A DNA stretch of 52,746 bases, filler included, from Catajapyx aquilonaris (Eukaryota), in assembly GCA_000934665.2 (NCBI GenBank). It is 2 parts of 2 records of this genome, joined end to end, with 100 filler letters (N's around TTAATTAATTAA, not from the genome) between each part and the next. Parts side by side here need not be neighbours in the genome. Positions count along the whole stretch, not along the records: positions 1 to 26,535 come from KZ539316.1; 1 more part is not named here. The stretch is one strand, 5' to 3'. Position 1 is the stretch's first letter. Each line of letters begins with the position of its first letter. The position numbers and the translations under genes were made by a program. Shown piece by piece: positions 12,928 through 25,793 of this stretch. Under the pieces are notes generated by a model, which did not search any database, was not told the DNA's origin, and saw only the letters and a list, made by a program, of their open reading frames with translations.

Positions 12928-13021
12928 ATGAGGATGATGCCCGAGACGTTGCTGCGCTCCTTCCGCCGCAAGTCACTCAGGGCCAAGCGCTCCACACCCG
13001 GTGGTGCTCGGCGCAAGTCCG
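12928..13021 (+). CDS. CenG1A: Probable alternative first coding exon of CenG1A (isoform B, polybasic N-terminus)
   Basis: GCCACCATG Kozak context. 31 codons MRMMPETLLRSFRRKSLRAKRSTPGGARRKS plus one G, then donor CCG|GTGAGG at 13021/13022. Same phase (1) as exon 1A, so it splices in frame to exon 2 ([12 protein letters not shown]). GC3-rich codons within a CpG-rich island. An in-frame upstream ATG at 12805 could extend it. Confidence 0.75.
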
Positions 13022-13746
13022 GTGAGGAGCCTCGCACCACATTGTCCACATAGGGCACAATTCGTGTATACATGGCCAACTCATAACAAAAATGAATATC
13101 GCGATATGTGTCAACGCGCGATATGGCGTGATGGGACATTTAAAAAATTAAATGCCGATCCGTAGAGATTATGTCATGCACGTGACCCAAGGTAGCACGT
13201 AATATGAGAGGGGGGAGGGGGGTCTACTCCTCCGTGACGGGTCGTGTGGGAGGGCCGAGAGGGACGTCACAGGAACATTTACCATGTGCTTGATAAAAAT
13301 TGGTCTTGATGCCAAGGACTGACCCTTTAAAGGGCAATTTTTTGTTGGGGGGAGGGGGGGGGGGCGGGGTTGGCCGTTTTCGCCGCGAGCTGCGTATTTT
13401 AAACGGTTTATTAAAGTTTCGAATTTTCGTTCCACAGCTAGATACTGCTAACTTAGCATTACCAGTGCTAACACTTGTACTATACTCCTAAGTTATCTGT
13501 AACTACTGTAGCAGTGGGACGAAATTTCCACCCGAAGTTTTTAGCGGTTAACAATATTATTAGGTGCTAATATAACGCCGAATCCGAATGTAATTGCCCT
13601 GGTCAATTGGTATCNCCCCCCCCCCCCCCCCCCAATTTGCCTTTAGACCTGCTGGAGGGGCTGCATGGGGCCACATGACCTGATATTAGTAGCTAATATT
13701 TTTATTGCTTCAAAGATTTGGTCATACGAGGATGAAACGCTGTGAA

Positions 13747-13790
<44 letters not shown>
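13747..13790. repeat. (GAT)n microsatellite
   Basis: About 14 tandem GAT units. Confidence 0.95.
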
Positions 13791-13791
<1 letters not shown>

Positions 13792-15493
13792 AGAGTAGCG
13801 CCAAAATAACTGCTTGCAAATAAGCACTTACGGTGAAAAATTGTTTAGTACAAGGGACATGTGCCTTGGAATGTCTTGTGTCCTGCATATCCTCCATTTT
13901 TATCTTCCAAGGTAGTATGGGACCCCGTATGTGATGATACTTTGATCAACATGGAAGCTGAAAACATTTTCGTATATGCACATATTCATAACAACAATTT
14001 TAGTTACAACAATGTGTAAAAACTACAGTATTTAATCCAACCATTCCATGGTCTTGTATCTTCATTAGATTAAATTAATATGCACTATTTGTTTCTAAAA
14101 AGTCACCTGTTTGAACATTTATTTTCCTGCTCTCATAAACGGGGTGCTCCAGATTTCATATGATTCACCACTGATGTAGCATGACATTTAGTGGCGTTAG
14201 AGCAAGAGTTGAAACTGCAGTAATGGCGAGTAAACAGCTGTCATGGGAAGTCACATGCTCGAATTTCTGGAACTTATCCATCCCTTCTCCCATCCTTCCT
14301 GACATCAGACATGACATCACTTTCTTTCTGTCTTCTATTACTTCCTAGCTTCTTTTCCCATCACTTAAAAGTAAAATCCCAGTTGAAGTTGTAAGTTGCA
14401 GTTGCAACAACCATTTCAGCTTGGTTACTAAGTACATCCCGGAAATCTGGCCAGAATCAGGCAGCTATAAGTAGATTGATATAAATATTAATGGTGCATA
14501 TTTAAGGGTAAATGAACCAACGTACAAGGGCTACATAAGGGGTCACCACTCTGTCTCGTCTGACGGCTGCCGCGCCTGTGCATAAGCTGCAAGATTGTGC
14601 CTACCCTGTCCTATAAAGTACCTGATCACGCTTGTCTGTACCATGTCTGTACGATGTCTGTCGCATGACGTCGAAACGGTAGCACCGCAAAACTTATTTC
14701 CCGACTGCTCCTCGTATTTATAAGTAAATCACTGGCAAAGTGTCCTGGGAAAGTGATTGGAAAAAGAGACTGGGGGGGAGGGGGGGGGTGTCTTGCCAGC
14801 ATGAAATCATGATTTGAAAACATTTGTAGTGTCACTATTACTTTTGAGTATATACTCTGCCTCTCACAGGGACGTTATAATACACATCAGGGAAAAATTC
14901 ATACATCTTGTTTGAAATTTTGATAGATCTTCTCAATGATGACGTCACAGAAGAAAAGATCTGGGCTGTCATGCCATATTGGCTTTTTTTCTTTTAAGTT
15001 GGCATGTACTGTACTCTGGTGCGACAGTCAAAAATGTACTGCAATTAAATATGATACGGTTTTTGAACCATTAATGGGCAATAAAAATTTGTGCAGGGAA
15101 GTTTGGTTTGGAACTGAGTTGTTCTCTCGATCACCAGTTTCCAAGCATGCAACTGGATCACAATTTTATCATGATGCATAAGAATAGTGGGTTGAAATGC
15201 GAACATCTGACACAGGTCAAAGCTATGGCCTTGGCTTATTACCAGAAATATGAAAGTAACTGACACTATTGCCTGGTTGATTCTGTAAACTACTTACTCC
15301 ATTTGTTCTTCTCTTTATTAACTCTGATGATACCTATTTTTGATATGTCAATTTGTACAGGTGCGGTTACTAGCTGTTAGAATTGTTAGATCAATGTAAA
15401 GTGCCACATAGTCACAATTAAATATAAATTACAATCATGCTTCATTTATTTTAAATATTGCTCTTGCAGTAAAATTACAAAAAAATGGAGGTA

Positions 15494-16246
<753 letters not shown>

Positions 16247-16410
16247 GGAGGTAGGGATCAGGTACACACTTAATCCCAAAAATGTAGTTTCGGACATGGG
16301 TTATGTTTTTGGTTCAGTGCCCTTCTGGTTGCCACCATTCAAAGTATTGAAATTTGCACTTTCTGAAGGCAGACTGGAGATCAATCAGGTGGGGGGTTAT
16401 GGAACCAATA

Positions 16411-17880
16411 TGGGTGATTCAAATGCAACATAAAATGAGGCAATGTCTCCAGTGCTGTTTGTCTCAACTAGGTGCTAGTGGTACCTCTGAGTAGGCACAT
16501 ACGAGGGAGAATCAAAAAGTAATTGAGTAATTTTTTAATTCAGAGGTTTCACTGGAGAAACTAAAACTGAGATATACATATGAAGCACAGTCGTTCTCTA
16601 ATTTTAGACGTAGTCGCCATACAATTTGGTGCATTTGTCCCATTAGGACACAAGTTTTTCCATACCCCTGCAGAAAAAAGCATCAGACTGGGTGGGAAGC
16701 CAGTGGGGGATGCCCTCTTTCACTTCCTCAATGTCGCTGAAGTTCTGAACTGCCAGGTGCTTCTTTATTGGTCCAAAGAGATGGTAGACCATGGGTAAAC
16801 TCTTTGGACCAAAAAAGAAGCACTAGCTTCTCAAGAACTCAGTGACATTGAGGAGGTGAAGAGATCACCCCACACTGGCTTCCCACCCTCGCTGAAGTTC
16901 TGACCTGCCAGCTGCTTCTTTTTTCGGTCCAAAGAGGTGGTTTTACCCATGGTCTACCATCTCTTTGGACCAATGAAGAAGCACCTGGCAGGTCAGAACT
17001 TCAGCGACATCGAGAAAGTGAAATAGACCATCCGCCACTGGCTTCCCACCCAGTCGGACGCTTTTTTCTGCAGGGGTATGGAAAAACTCGTGTCCTGATG
17101 AGACACATGCACCAAATTGTATGGTGACTATGTCTAAAATAAGAGAAAGAGTTGCACTTTCATATGTATATCTTAGTTTCAGTTTCTCTAGTGAAACATC
17201 TGAATTAAAAAATTACTCAATAACTTTTTGATTCTCCCTTGTATCTGGCTAATTGTCAGGCAAATTTCTTAGTGGTCAGTATGCACATACCGGGAAGTAG
17301 AGCTTGTGCAAGCCCCTCTGGATTACAGATTTATCCAAGTGGGCACAACTCCCCATCATCTCGTTCCTCTGTAAGGAAGACATCTCGCCAGTGTGGACAT
17401 AGTCCATCTGATTCAGAGGGAATTAGGATCCCTGTTTCAACAACACCATCTTCCAATGGTGTAGGGAATTTCTGGCCAGAAGTGTGCACGGAGAGGACTT
17501 TCCAAGACCTGGGCAGGCCGGTGTTGTCATCACCCTAGAGAACATATCCTTAGTGGTTTCCTGCACCAATCTGTCCACCAAGGTGTTGTCGTTGAAACAA
17601 GCTTTCCTGTATGCCCTCTGCAACTGACATATGATGTTGACTGGCATGGTGCCTTCCTTGAAGAGGAACTTGATGACAGCGAGTTGTGCGCACTTGGACA
17701 AATTCATATCCTAGGGGGGGTCTTGCATAAAATGCTCTCCTGCCCACTAGTGCATACTGACCACTAACTACTTTGCATGATGATTAGCCATGCAAGTGCC
17801 TAGGTACAGTACCACTAGCTCCCATATGAGACATAAAGCACCAGAGATATTGCCTCACTTTGATTCATTTGAACCATCAG
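16411..17880 (-). mobile_element. Decayed mariner derivative with long inverted 5' ends (host of the insertion at 16502)
   Basis: 16411-16500 plus 17244-17287 is the reverse complement of about 17749-17880. The minus-strand fragment 17707-17520 reads MNLSKCAQLAVIKFLFKEG...LQRAY, typical of a mariner N-terminal HTH. Confidence 0.7.
16502..17241. mobile_element. Palindromic mariner MITE built from two 3' ends
   Basis: About 300-bp inverted arms (C(G/A)AGGGAGAATCAAAAAGT...), TA TSD. Each arm carries a transposase C-terminal remnant, YHLFGPMKKHLAGQNF...FFCRGMEKLV...CTKLYGDYV, with stops. Confidence 0.9.
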
Positions 17881-18449
17881 TATACTGGATATCAGCACTA
17901 TATGTTGAGGCTAAAAAATGAACTCCCAGTTCTTGCCAAAGTTAGCGCTAGTCTCAAAATTATTTCCAGTTTATATGCGTGTGCAATATCTCTACAGCGG
18001 GAACTGGGGTGTTGCAAGTCAGTACTAACCCGCCACTTGATCTCAAATCGATTGAGATAATTTTGCAAAGTAGATTCAAAGTCATCCTAATCATTTTGAG
18101 CAATATTTCCCAAAAGAAACATCATGACAATTTCCCTCATTCCCTGTATTGCATAGTTAGAGGCTAAGTAAGTCTCAATGTGTGATATTGTCCGTTGTCT
18201 TTTTAAGCTCGGAATAAAATCACCCATGAGATGCATATGAATGATGTAACCAAATTGTAGTTTTTTGGTGGGTGCGGTGGGGTGGTAGGGGGATGTAATG
18301 GCCAGTGACACCTATTTTGTGTGCACACCAAATGGCCACAAAAAAACTTCATGCAAGGAACCCCATGCATGCCAATCAAGGAACCTAACTTCCAGGATTG
18401 TAGACACAGTGTCGGATCAGTTCCGTAACTCAGATGGTATTGCACACAG

Positions 18450-18560
18450 GGAGCCAGAGTGGTGTAGCAGTAACACTCGCATCCGAGGTTCCAAGTTCGA
18501 TTCCGGACTGGGATATCCCACTTCCCCTTTCTCACCTCATGCAAACTTTAGGGTGTCTCT
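18450..18560 (+). mobile_element. Old tRNA-derived SINE head
   Basis: A-box-like TGGTGTAGCAG and B box GTTCGATTCC; 3' boundary unclear. Confidence 0.45.
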
Positions 18561-18850
18561 GGATTCCTCTCTGTGGGATATCTAGTAGACTGACCATTTG
18601 GGGGAACTCATTAAAATTGTTACATGAAACATTGAACTTGCACCTGCACCTCCTCTTTCACCATCCTCCATTGTGGCTCATTCTGGAATAGGTCCCACCA
18701 CATGTAACTAAAAAATATTGTATTCAGAGTCTATTATGTACCCTACACAGGGGTAAAAGAACCACCCACGGTGGCATATACACAAAAGAGTTGCCAGCAT
18801 ACAAGCATTTTAAAATCACTTTTGACATCTGCTAGTGTGCAAAGGAGGTA

Positions 18851-18950
18851 CTATATCGCCCAAAAAGATAGAGACGATTTTGCATTTGACTCAAGTGCAA
18901 CTTGCACTTGAATCAAATGCCAATCGTCTTTATCTTTTTGAGCGATATAG
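18851..18950. repeat. 100-bp near-perfect hairpin (tiny TA-flanked MITE)
   Basis: CTATATCGCCCAAAAAGATAGAGACGATTTTGCATTTGACTCAAGTGCAA pairs with the following sequence around a central base; TA on both sides. Confidence 0.8.
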
Positions 18951-19497
18951 TACCATCAGGCAGGTGCTCCTTATACCAAAGGTGCTCCATACTGTGTTTG
19001 CCTGTTTGGAAAGGTGATGTTCAATGGGTCAGCTAGATATTGTTCAGTGCCCATTTTTACAATAGCTTGATGATACATGTAATGGAAGATAATGTGACTC
19101 ACGGTCAAACTCATTGTCAGTGTGTCAGTCAATCAGAATTAGGTGATAATGTCTGGTGTTTGGCGAATGAACAAATCAATCATCTAACAATGTAATCAGA
19201 ATCTTCCGAAAGGCAGTGCTCAAGGTTTCCACATCCCTCTCCTCAGCCTTTTATAATCAGGGAATATGGTCAAGTTAACTTTGAAGGTGCAGCCTATGTT
19301 GGAATGTTCATATTCATGAACGTGGACATCAAGAAATACTTTTTTTAATTATTTGGTGATGTTATATCTCTGGGAAAAAAAACTTCATGAATCCTTGTGA
19401 TATCACCTTTAGGAAATTGCACTTGCTTGAAAATTGCAAATATTTTTTTGTGAGGACGCAGTGAAGAATTAAGGCATCTGATATTTAGCCCAGATGT

Positions 19498-19661
19498 TCT
19501 CTCCGTGTTCGCGTGGGTTTTCTCGGGGTTCTCCCGTTTCCTCCCACTATCAAAATCCATCACATTACAGGCAAATGATTAAAGTCGGTTATTCAAAAGA
19601 TGATCCCCTAAGAGGCCCAAGGAGCCTATCACGGGGTATCCATTATTATTTTTATATTATT
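19498..19661 (+). mobile_element. SINE family A, 5'-truncated copy
   Basis: Matches the 3' half of 45641-45898; perfect 17-bp TSD ATATTTAGCCCAGATGT (19481-19497, 19662-19678). Confidence 0.92.
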
Positions 19662-20331
19662 ATATTTAGCCCAGATGTGAAGGACCACTGTGGTGCACTT
19701 GGCGTGAACTCTCACCTGTTTTACCTCCAGTGTGACCTTGGAATGTGAATTTTCGACTTTGCTTTGCGGACGGAAAGGAACCAAATTTGGAAGTGGGAAT
19801 TAATATCAATTCACACCCTTGTTACTGCACATTTTGATAAAAGTGTAAAGCAATTGCATATGGAAACCTGGTATATCAGGAGAACCATGTGTACCTTTTT
19901 TCAACCAGAAACCCCTGCCACAACATTTTTGTGCCCTTAATAAGTCGAAAATAGTGTCAGACGTAATCACATTACATTTTATGATTTGTTTGAGGTTAAT
20001 GCAAGCTTACAAGCACATAGTGGATAAGGGTGCGTGGAATATGTTTTTCTAAATCAAGACTCTAACACTAAGCTGAAATTGGAACTTTTCAGCATTTTAA
20101 AACTACTCCAAAAGTTTATTTGCCACATTTAAAGGCAAGCCACATATGCTTGTACTCAGCAGCTCTTTCACCCATATCTCCTGTTAATGAATGACACTCA
20201 CATCCATTACCTATTTCCTAGTAGACATTTCCTAGCATCTGCCTCCTAGGCCATGTAAAAATAAAACAAGTTGGGTTTGAGTCACTCAGGTGCAGAAGTT
20301 GTGGGAATTAAGTTATAGCCCTCATGTTGGA

Positions 20332-20672
20332 TTTTTTTTCCCCCCCCATTACCCCACGGGGGGAGCTATCTACTCCTTAGGGGGGGGTGGATTACCACCA
20401 TTGGTATTTCTTTGGAGCGTGTTAAGAGAATCTTATTAATTACTCCAAGGGTTGGTAGGAGGGGATGTGCAAAGTGCATGTCCGCTGTCTTTGAGTGGTC
20501 ATTTTGTGAACTCCCCCGGGTGGATTAGTCTTTAGGAAATTTCCACCCGAAATGAAGCCAGAGGTGGCCCAACTCTGCACGGATGAAGGTGGGAACCCCG
20601 GGTGGGGATTGAACCCGGGACCTTCATATCTGTGGGCGCACACGTTACCGCGACGCCACTTCATCTGCCCTG
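20332..20672 (-). mobile_element. SINE family B, copy 2
   Basis: Reverse-complement homolog of 4991-5320; 11-bp TSD CTCATGTTGGA (20321-20331, 20673-20683). Confidence 0.9.
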
Positions 20673-21299
20673 CTCATGTTGGAAATTGTGGTGGAGGCAG
20701 AGCCAAGATTGAAAATATTTCTCTGTGGATTGTATCATTAGGGGGAATGTCATTTTATATATTTGAATAATTAGTTTAGTGACAGTCTAATAGTAAATCA
20801 AAGTGAAAGTTGGAGTAGTTGTCTGGAAAAGCTCTGTCATTGCCTTTCTTTCCAAAGTGATAAAAGTGAAGGCCTTGATCAGTGACACTAAGTATTGTAA
20901 CGTATTTTTAAAAATATTTACAATGAACCATTTTTGTTATTGGAAATAAATGCAAGCTTCTTGACAGTCCTGTAAAATGTCGAGTTCTACAGTTCTGCAC
21001 TGAGTGTGACACTAGCATTTCTTCTGAACCAATCCTATTGCAACACATTAATAGTGTAGAGCATGAACGTGTAAGTATAGCTGTTAAAATATCTGATTTT
21101 GTATCTTCAGAGTACATGTAAGTTTAAGAGAAACAAAAATCTAGGCGATGGCGGTATAGCTGGGGCTCAAGGGGTTGAACCAAAGAATTATTTGACGTCA
21201 AGTTCAGCCCTGCCTCCACCCAACTCTTCCCTCCTATCATGTCTCCAAATCGCTGTACAAGCATACTACTGTGTATGCTCAGAAAACATGGCTGGTGTG

Positions 21300-21835
21300 A
21301 CATCAGATCATTCTTTGGTTTAAAGGACTATCTAATCTTCTGTATCTAAAGTTTGGTAGCTCACTTTTTTGGAGTTTGTTGGTAGTTCTAGTCTATGATG
21401 CTCATTGTGTGAGTCAATGAAAGCCCAGTACTTTTTATCCTGTTAAGTCTTATTTTCTTCAGTAATTGTTTGATGTTGTTTGGTAATTGTGGCAATCAGT
21501 CATATGATATGTTCTTTCTGGACTGGTTCTCTAGAATGCTGCATTTTTCTTCTAGGGTGTGTATTTTATCCACTAGTCACTAGTGCATCAAGTTGGGTGC
21601 TGAATGAGTCTTGTTTCTGCTGAAGATCTACTATTTTACTTCAAGTTTCTTCAATCTTGGTTCCGATTGCAGCCTTGATTGTTTTGCTAATTTCAGCTTG
21701 CAACTCATTTTTAATGTCACTAAGCTTACTCTCTCATTGGTTGGTGAAGGTATGTAACAGTTCTCTTACCTTCCTCCTTGTAACCAGTTCACTGTCAATG
21801 CTAGGATGGGAGCGTCCAAATGCTCCCTTCTCCCT
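21300..21835 (-). mobile_element. Decayed LINE ORF1-like fragment
   Basis: Minus strand gives coiled-coil-like text with stops and a frameshift (SDIKNELQAEISKTIK...KIHTLEEKCSILENQSRKN at 21534-21511), resembling the LENxSRxxN motif of LINE ORF1 proteins. Confidence 0.45.
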
Positions 21836-21900
21836 TGCTGGCTGGGGCTGTTCTGATACTAACACTACTACCAACACTACTACTACCACTATGGGGAGGA

Positions 21901-22470
21901 GGGGGGCATGGTGGTCTAGTGGCTATGCTACTGGCCAGCCAAGCGGGCAGGGGCGGATCTAGGGGGGGGGGGGGTCACGGGGGTCATGACCCCCCCCAAA
22001 CCGTGGAAAGTGAAATATTTTCTAAATCTGCAAATTAGGATGATTTTTTGGAAAAAAGTGCTATCAATTTCATCAAATACTGTCCACACCCATTCAAATC
22101 TCCCACATTCACCTAAGCTCGTGTGACCTTGAACCCCNNNNNNNNNNNNNNNNNNNNNNNNNNNNNNNNNNNNNNNNNNNNNNNNNNNNNNNNNNNNNNN
22201 NNNNNNNNNNNNNNNNNNNNNNNNNNNNNNNNNNNNNCCCCCCCCCCCCAATCGAAAGTCTGGATCCACCCCTGCAAGCAGGAGGTCCAGGGTTCAAATC
22301 CCGTCCCCTTCGCTTGGTCGGGCCTTTTTCTTCTTTTCACCTGACGTGGCCAGGCAGACCTGCACTCCCTTCTCTGCCCAGGGCCAAAAGAAAATGTCTG
22401 GTATGAGGACTGTCCAAAATTACTGTAGACACTATAACAGCGCCCTCCCATGGGAACCTCCTTCTCCCCC
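21901..22470 (+). mobile_element. SINE family C, copy 2, interrupted by a hAT MITE
   Basis: Head GGGGGGCATGGTGGTCTAGTGGCTATGCTACTGG matches copy 1; the sequence resumes at 22275 with B box GGTTCAAATCCC and the shared body. Confidence 0.85.
21948..22274. mobile_element. hAT-type MITE (contains a 100-N gap at 22138-22237)
   Basis: TIR CAGGGGCGGATC / GATCCACCCCTG; 8-bp TSD CAAGC(G/A)GG (21940-21947, 22275-22282). Confidence 0.85.
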
Positions 22471-22747
22471 CACGCCCGTGGACCAGGGTGCTGCAGCAGA
22501 ACAAGTTCCTCTGGATGTATTGCATGCATGCATGCATTTAAATGAAGGTCTGTATAATACCTCACGTGAGGTCCGCACTACCCACTATTTTAAAAAATAC
22601 TACTACTATGGCTATTTTAATATTACTACCACTGCTGTTACTAATACCGCTACTACCACCAATATTACTATCATTGACCTTTGTGATTTGTCATGCTGAT
22701 TTTTCAAATTCAGATATAAGAATCCTTTATTTTCTGTCTCCTTTTAG

Positions 22748-22983
22748 ATTCATTCGTGAACAGCCAGGAATGGACGTTAAGCCGAGGTGTTCCTGAGTTG
22801 CGCTTGGGCATAGTGGGCTCTCTCTCCTCAGGAAAGTCAGCACTTGTTCATCGTTATCTTACTGGCTCATACATGCAAGAGGAATCTCCAGAGGGTGGTC
22901 GTTTTAAGAAGGAAGTGGTGCTTGAAGGGGGAATCAGTTTCCTCCTGCTCATAAGGGACGAAGGTGGACCTCCTGCCCTGCAG
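22748..22983 (+). CDS. CenG1A: CenG1A/AGAP exon 2, start of GTPase-like domain
   Basis: Polypyrimidine tract and acceptor TTTTCTGTCTCCTTTTAG|AT; donor CAG|GTAGGA at 22983/22984 (phase 0). Encodes (D)[78 protein letters not shown], with P-loop GxxxSGKS and the AGAP-type G3 motif IRDEGG. Confidence 0.96.
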
Positions 22984-23815
22984 GTAGGAGATTTTTTGCA
23001 TGCAGCAATACTTGGATGTGTAAAATACACTGAAAAAATGGTAGTTAGCATGATATGTAACAGAGTAATTGATGTGTTAGTGATTTCTTATTTGCTCTTT
23101 TGATATTATCACTGCACAAATTGCGTACAGTATTGCTAAGTCTTGGGAAAAAGCAATGTTGTGATATACACTGCTGTCAGATGTAAGAAGACCGCAACTC
23201 AATACCTACTTCCCTTGCAGCGAGAAAAGAAAGCAGTATTACCTAGGTCGGCATTTTTTTTGTAAACAAATTCTGCAAAGCATATTTAATGATCTTGGCC
23301 TTTCGATTTTGGCATGGAACGCATTTTGCAGATCTTGCACTGTACCAAGTGCTATCCAAGTGTTAAATGGGCCTTTTTCATTCGAAATATAATTTACTTG
23401 TCATTAACTGTGTGGTTAAGGGTGTATTCCCTTGAAGGACATCATGCCACCCTTATAGGCAGACCACACACACATCACTGAGAAGGTGGGCCTTACAAGA
23501 GTTGTTTCTTACAATTTGGCGAGGCCCATAGACATGTCCTAGTCATATTGCATGTACTGTTTCAAAGGACAACTCCACACGCTGGTGTAGGTTTAGGTTT
23601 CATCATCAACTGATCATGTGGCAAAAAATTTTGACCTCATTATTGTAACTTTTTGAGAATAGAGAAACATAATTTTTCCTAATGATAGATGAGAGAAACA
23701 GCCACACATAAATTATGTTATATGTGGAAAAAACTAGAGTTTCACCAACATGTACAGGGTGTTCCAAGTATGTGGGTCCTTTTAGTTGTGGAAAATTTTT
23801 CTCGAAGCTGTTATA

Positions 23816-24139
23816 CAGGGTGTCCCATCTTTTTTGTCCGAACAGTTATAGGAAAATTGCGCGTAGCTGCTACTTTTTAAGCAGTGACTTGAAACCCGTG
23901 ATTTGTCGGGGGAATGGGGAAAAAGAGGGTCACACATCCCATGGCATGTGTGACCCTTTTTTTTTCCAGGCTTGACCCGCAATTTTCAGCCGGCAGCAAG
24001 TATGCCACTTCAACCTACGATTCGCAGGGAATATTCCCCGTTCCTCCGAAAAATCACAGTTTGCAAGTCACTGCTTAAAAAGTAGCAGCTATGCGCAATT
24101 TTGCGATAACTGTTCGGACAAAAAAGATGGGACACCCTG
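23816..24139. mobile_element. Tc1/mariner MITE with about 105-bp TIRs
   Basis: CAGGGTGTCCCATCTTTTTTGTCCGAACAGTTAT... and its reverse complement; TA TSD; internal hairpin at about 23921-23960. Confidence 0.9.
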
Positions 24140-24276
24140 TATTTTTGTGGCATGTTTTGCCCTGATCCAGGTGCCCTATCATACAGCAACTGCTTTATTT
24201 GACCACCTGGGAATAATTGGGCACCTGAATCGGGGCACATAAAACTACACAAATAACTATACAGGCCATATTTAGC

Positions 24277-24350
24277 AGTGGCGTAGAGAGGCGGGGGCGC
24301 AAAGGGCGGGCCGCCCCGGGCGGCAAGTTGAAGGGGGCGGCAATTTTTGG
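24277..24350. mobile_element. hAT-type left-end fragment
   Basis: CAGTGGCGTAG terminus followed by GC-rich GCCGCCCCGGGCGGCA subterminal sequence; no partner end seen. Confidence 0.55.
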
Positions 24351-24903
24351 CGTACTGCAGCTACAGTGAACGCAATAATTTAGTGATTCTACAAATATTA
24401 TATGCTTTGCAATTACTTCATTTATAAACACCCAACGATTAGGCATTAGAATGATGAGAAGTTCAGATGAAAATGCTACAAAGTGATCAGAAATGGGAGT
24501 TTTGCTCGGTGCGTTGCAGTCGTTTCCGTTTCTGTGCTTTTTGGATCTGTAGGATTCTGTTCTTGCTGAAATTAATGATGCCCAGACTTATTTACAAAGT
24601 AAAGGATTGCATGTACAGTACAACAATGTTCTCAGAAGATGAGTGCTCATTGTTTGGGCATTGAGGCATTGTTAATGTATACAAGGGGTGGTTTAGTGAA
24701 TGGTGGAGCTATTAAAGGTATGCTAAAGGACTGTGTGAAGAACTATGTATCGTTATGCGTTATGGAACCTCGCTGGCGATCTAGGAACAACTTACCCTAC
24801 AACGACGAATTCAGTAGGGAAATATTTTCTTCACTGACCAGAGTACTGTATTTGACGGCATATAAGGCACACTTTCCCCCCAGAAATGGCTCAAAAGATC
24901 GCC

Positions 24904-25279
24904 TGGGGGTGTTTGGATAACTCATTTTTCGGATAACCGATCATTTACGGGGGGAAATTGTACCAGTGTCATAGGAGCAGTATGAAACAAAGAAACAGTG
25001 ATATTAAACACACAACTGTATATTTCGTATCACAGTCATGTCTTAAAAATACATAGGCTATACCTTACATAAAGTAGTGTACAGTTCACTACATACATTA
25101 AAGTAGGCCTACAGTTTAGGAAAAGCAGTCCAATACATGTATTTTCTTTTGCTTCGGAGCTGAGACTGGTTTTTTTGCCGCTATATGTCGCGCGCAAATT
25201 TGAATTTGCCGACTGGACCGCTTTCGGTTAACCAATGCTTCAGTTGATTGGTATTCGGATAATAATCGATGCTCCACTG
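24904..25279. mobile_element. pogo/Tigger-like MITE, second copy lacking the left TIR
   Basis: Aligns with about 4295-4604 (TTTTCGGATAACCGATCA, ATGAAACAAAGAAACAGTGATATTAAACACA) and ends ATCGATGCTCCACTG|TA. Confidence 0.8.
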
Positions 25280-25334
25280 TATTGCAATGAAATTTGACCT
25301 GAACTAACCTTATTATGTGAGAAGGGAAATGGCA

Positions 25335-25454
25335 TCACAACATGTGCTGGAAATGGCCACCATTTGTGTCCAGGCAGGCCTGAACACGGCGCTACATATT
25401 TTGGAAGGTCCTGAGGCACTGCCTGAATTCTTGAGTGATGTTTTATTTCAAGGC
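25335..25454 (-). mobile_element. Tc1/mariner (maT/rosa-like) transposase C-terminal remnant
   Basis: Minus strand ALK*NITQEFRQCLRTFQNM*RRVQACLDTNGGHFQHML*, a typical C..GGHFxH terminus. Confidence 0.75.
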
Positions 25455-25793
25455 ATTATCAGATTCCGCACTGCGGTACCGTACCCTGGCTAGCTCAAGT
25501 ACTGGGTTCAGTAATGAAACTCCGGACTGGGGGTAAATCAGTGTGTATTCAACTGAGAGGTACAGAGCCCACCGCACACGCTCTTACTTGTGTGGCTGAC
25601 TGGGACCGACGACCGACTGGCCGAGATGGGGGGCGAACCCCACCCCCTCCTTACAAAGGGTGGAGCCCGTCTCGCTCACATGGTAGCCAACCCTTCACAA
25701 CAGGGTTGCCACCACGCTTCTCACTCCACATGGGAGCCAACCCTCAACAACAGGGTTGTCATAGCGTCGATGGATCGTGGGTTTGTTTTGGTA

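Noticed and set aside
12341..12976. 211-aa minus-strand ORF and other overlapping ORFs in the CpG island
   Set aside because: No recognisable domain; a by-product of GC-rich sequence. Only the plus-strand exon has start and splice signals that fit the gene.
13643..13897. Poly-His ORF, and poly-Ile/Leu ORFs at 40805-41139 and 52204-52533
   Set aside because: Microsatellite translations.
22984..23103. ORF continuation [11 protein letters not shown]...
   Set aside because: Intron read-through past the CAG|GTAGGA donor; AGAP similarity stops at PPALQ.
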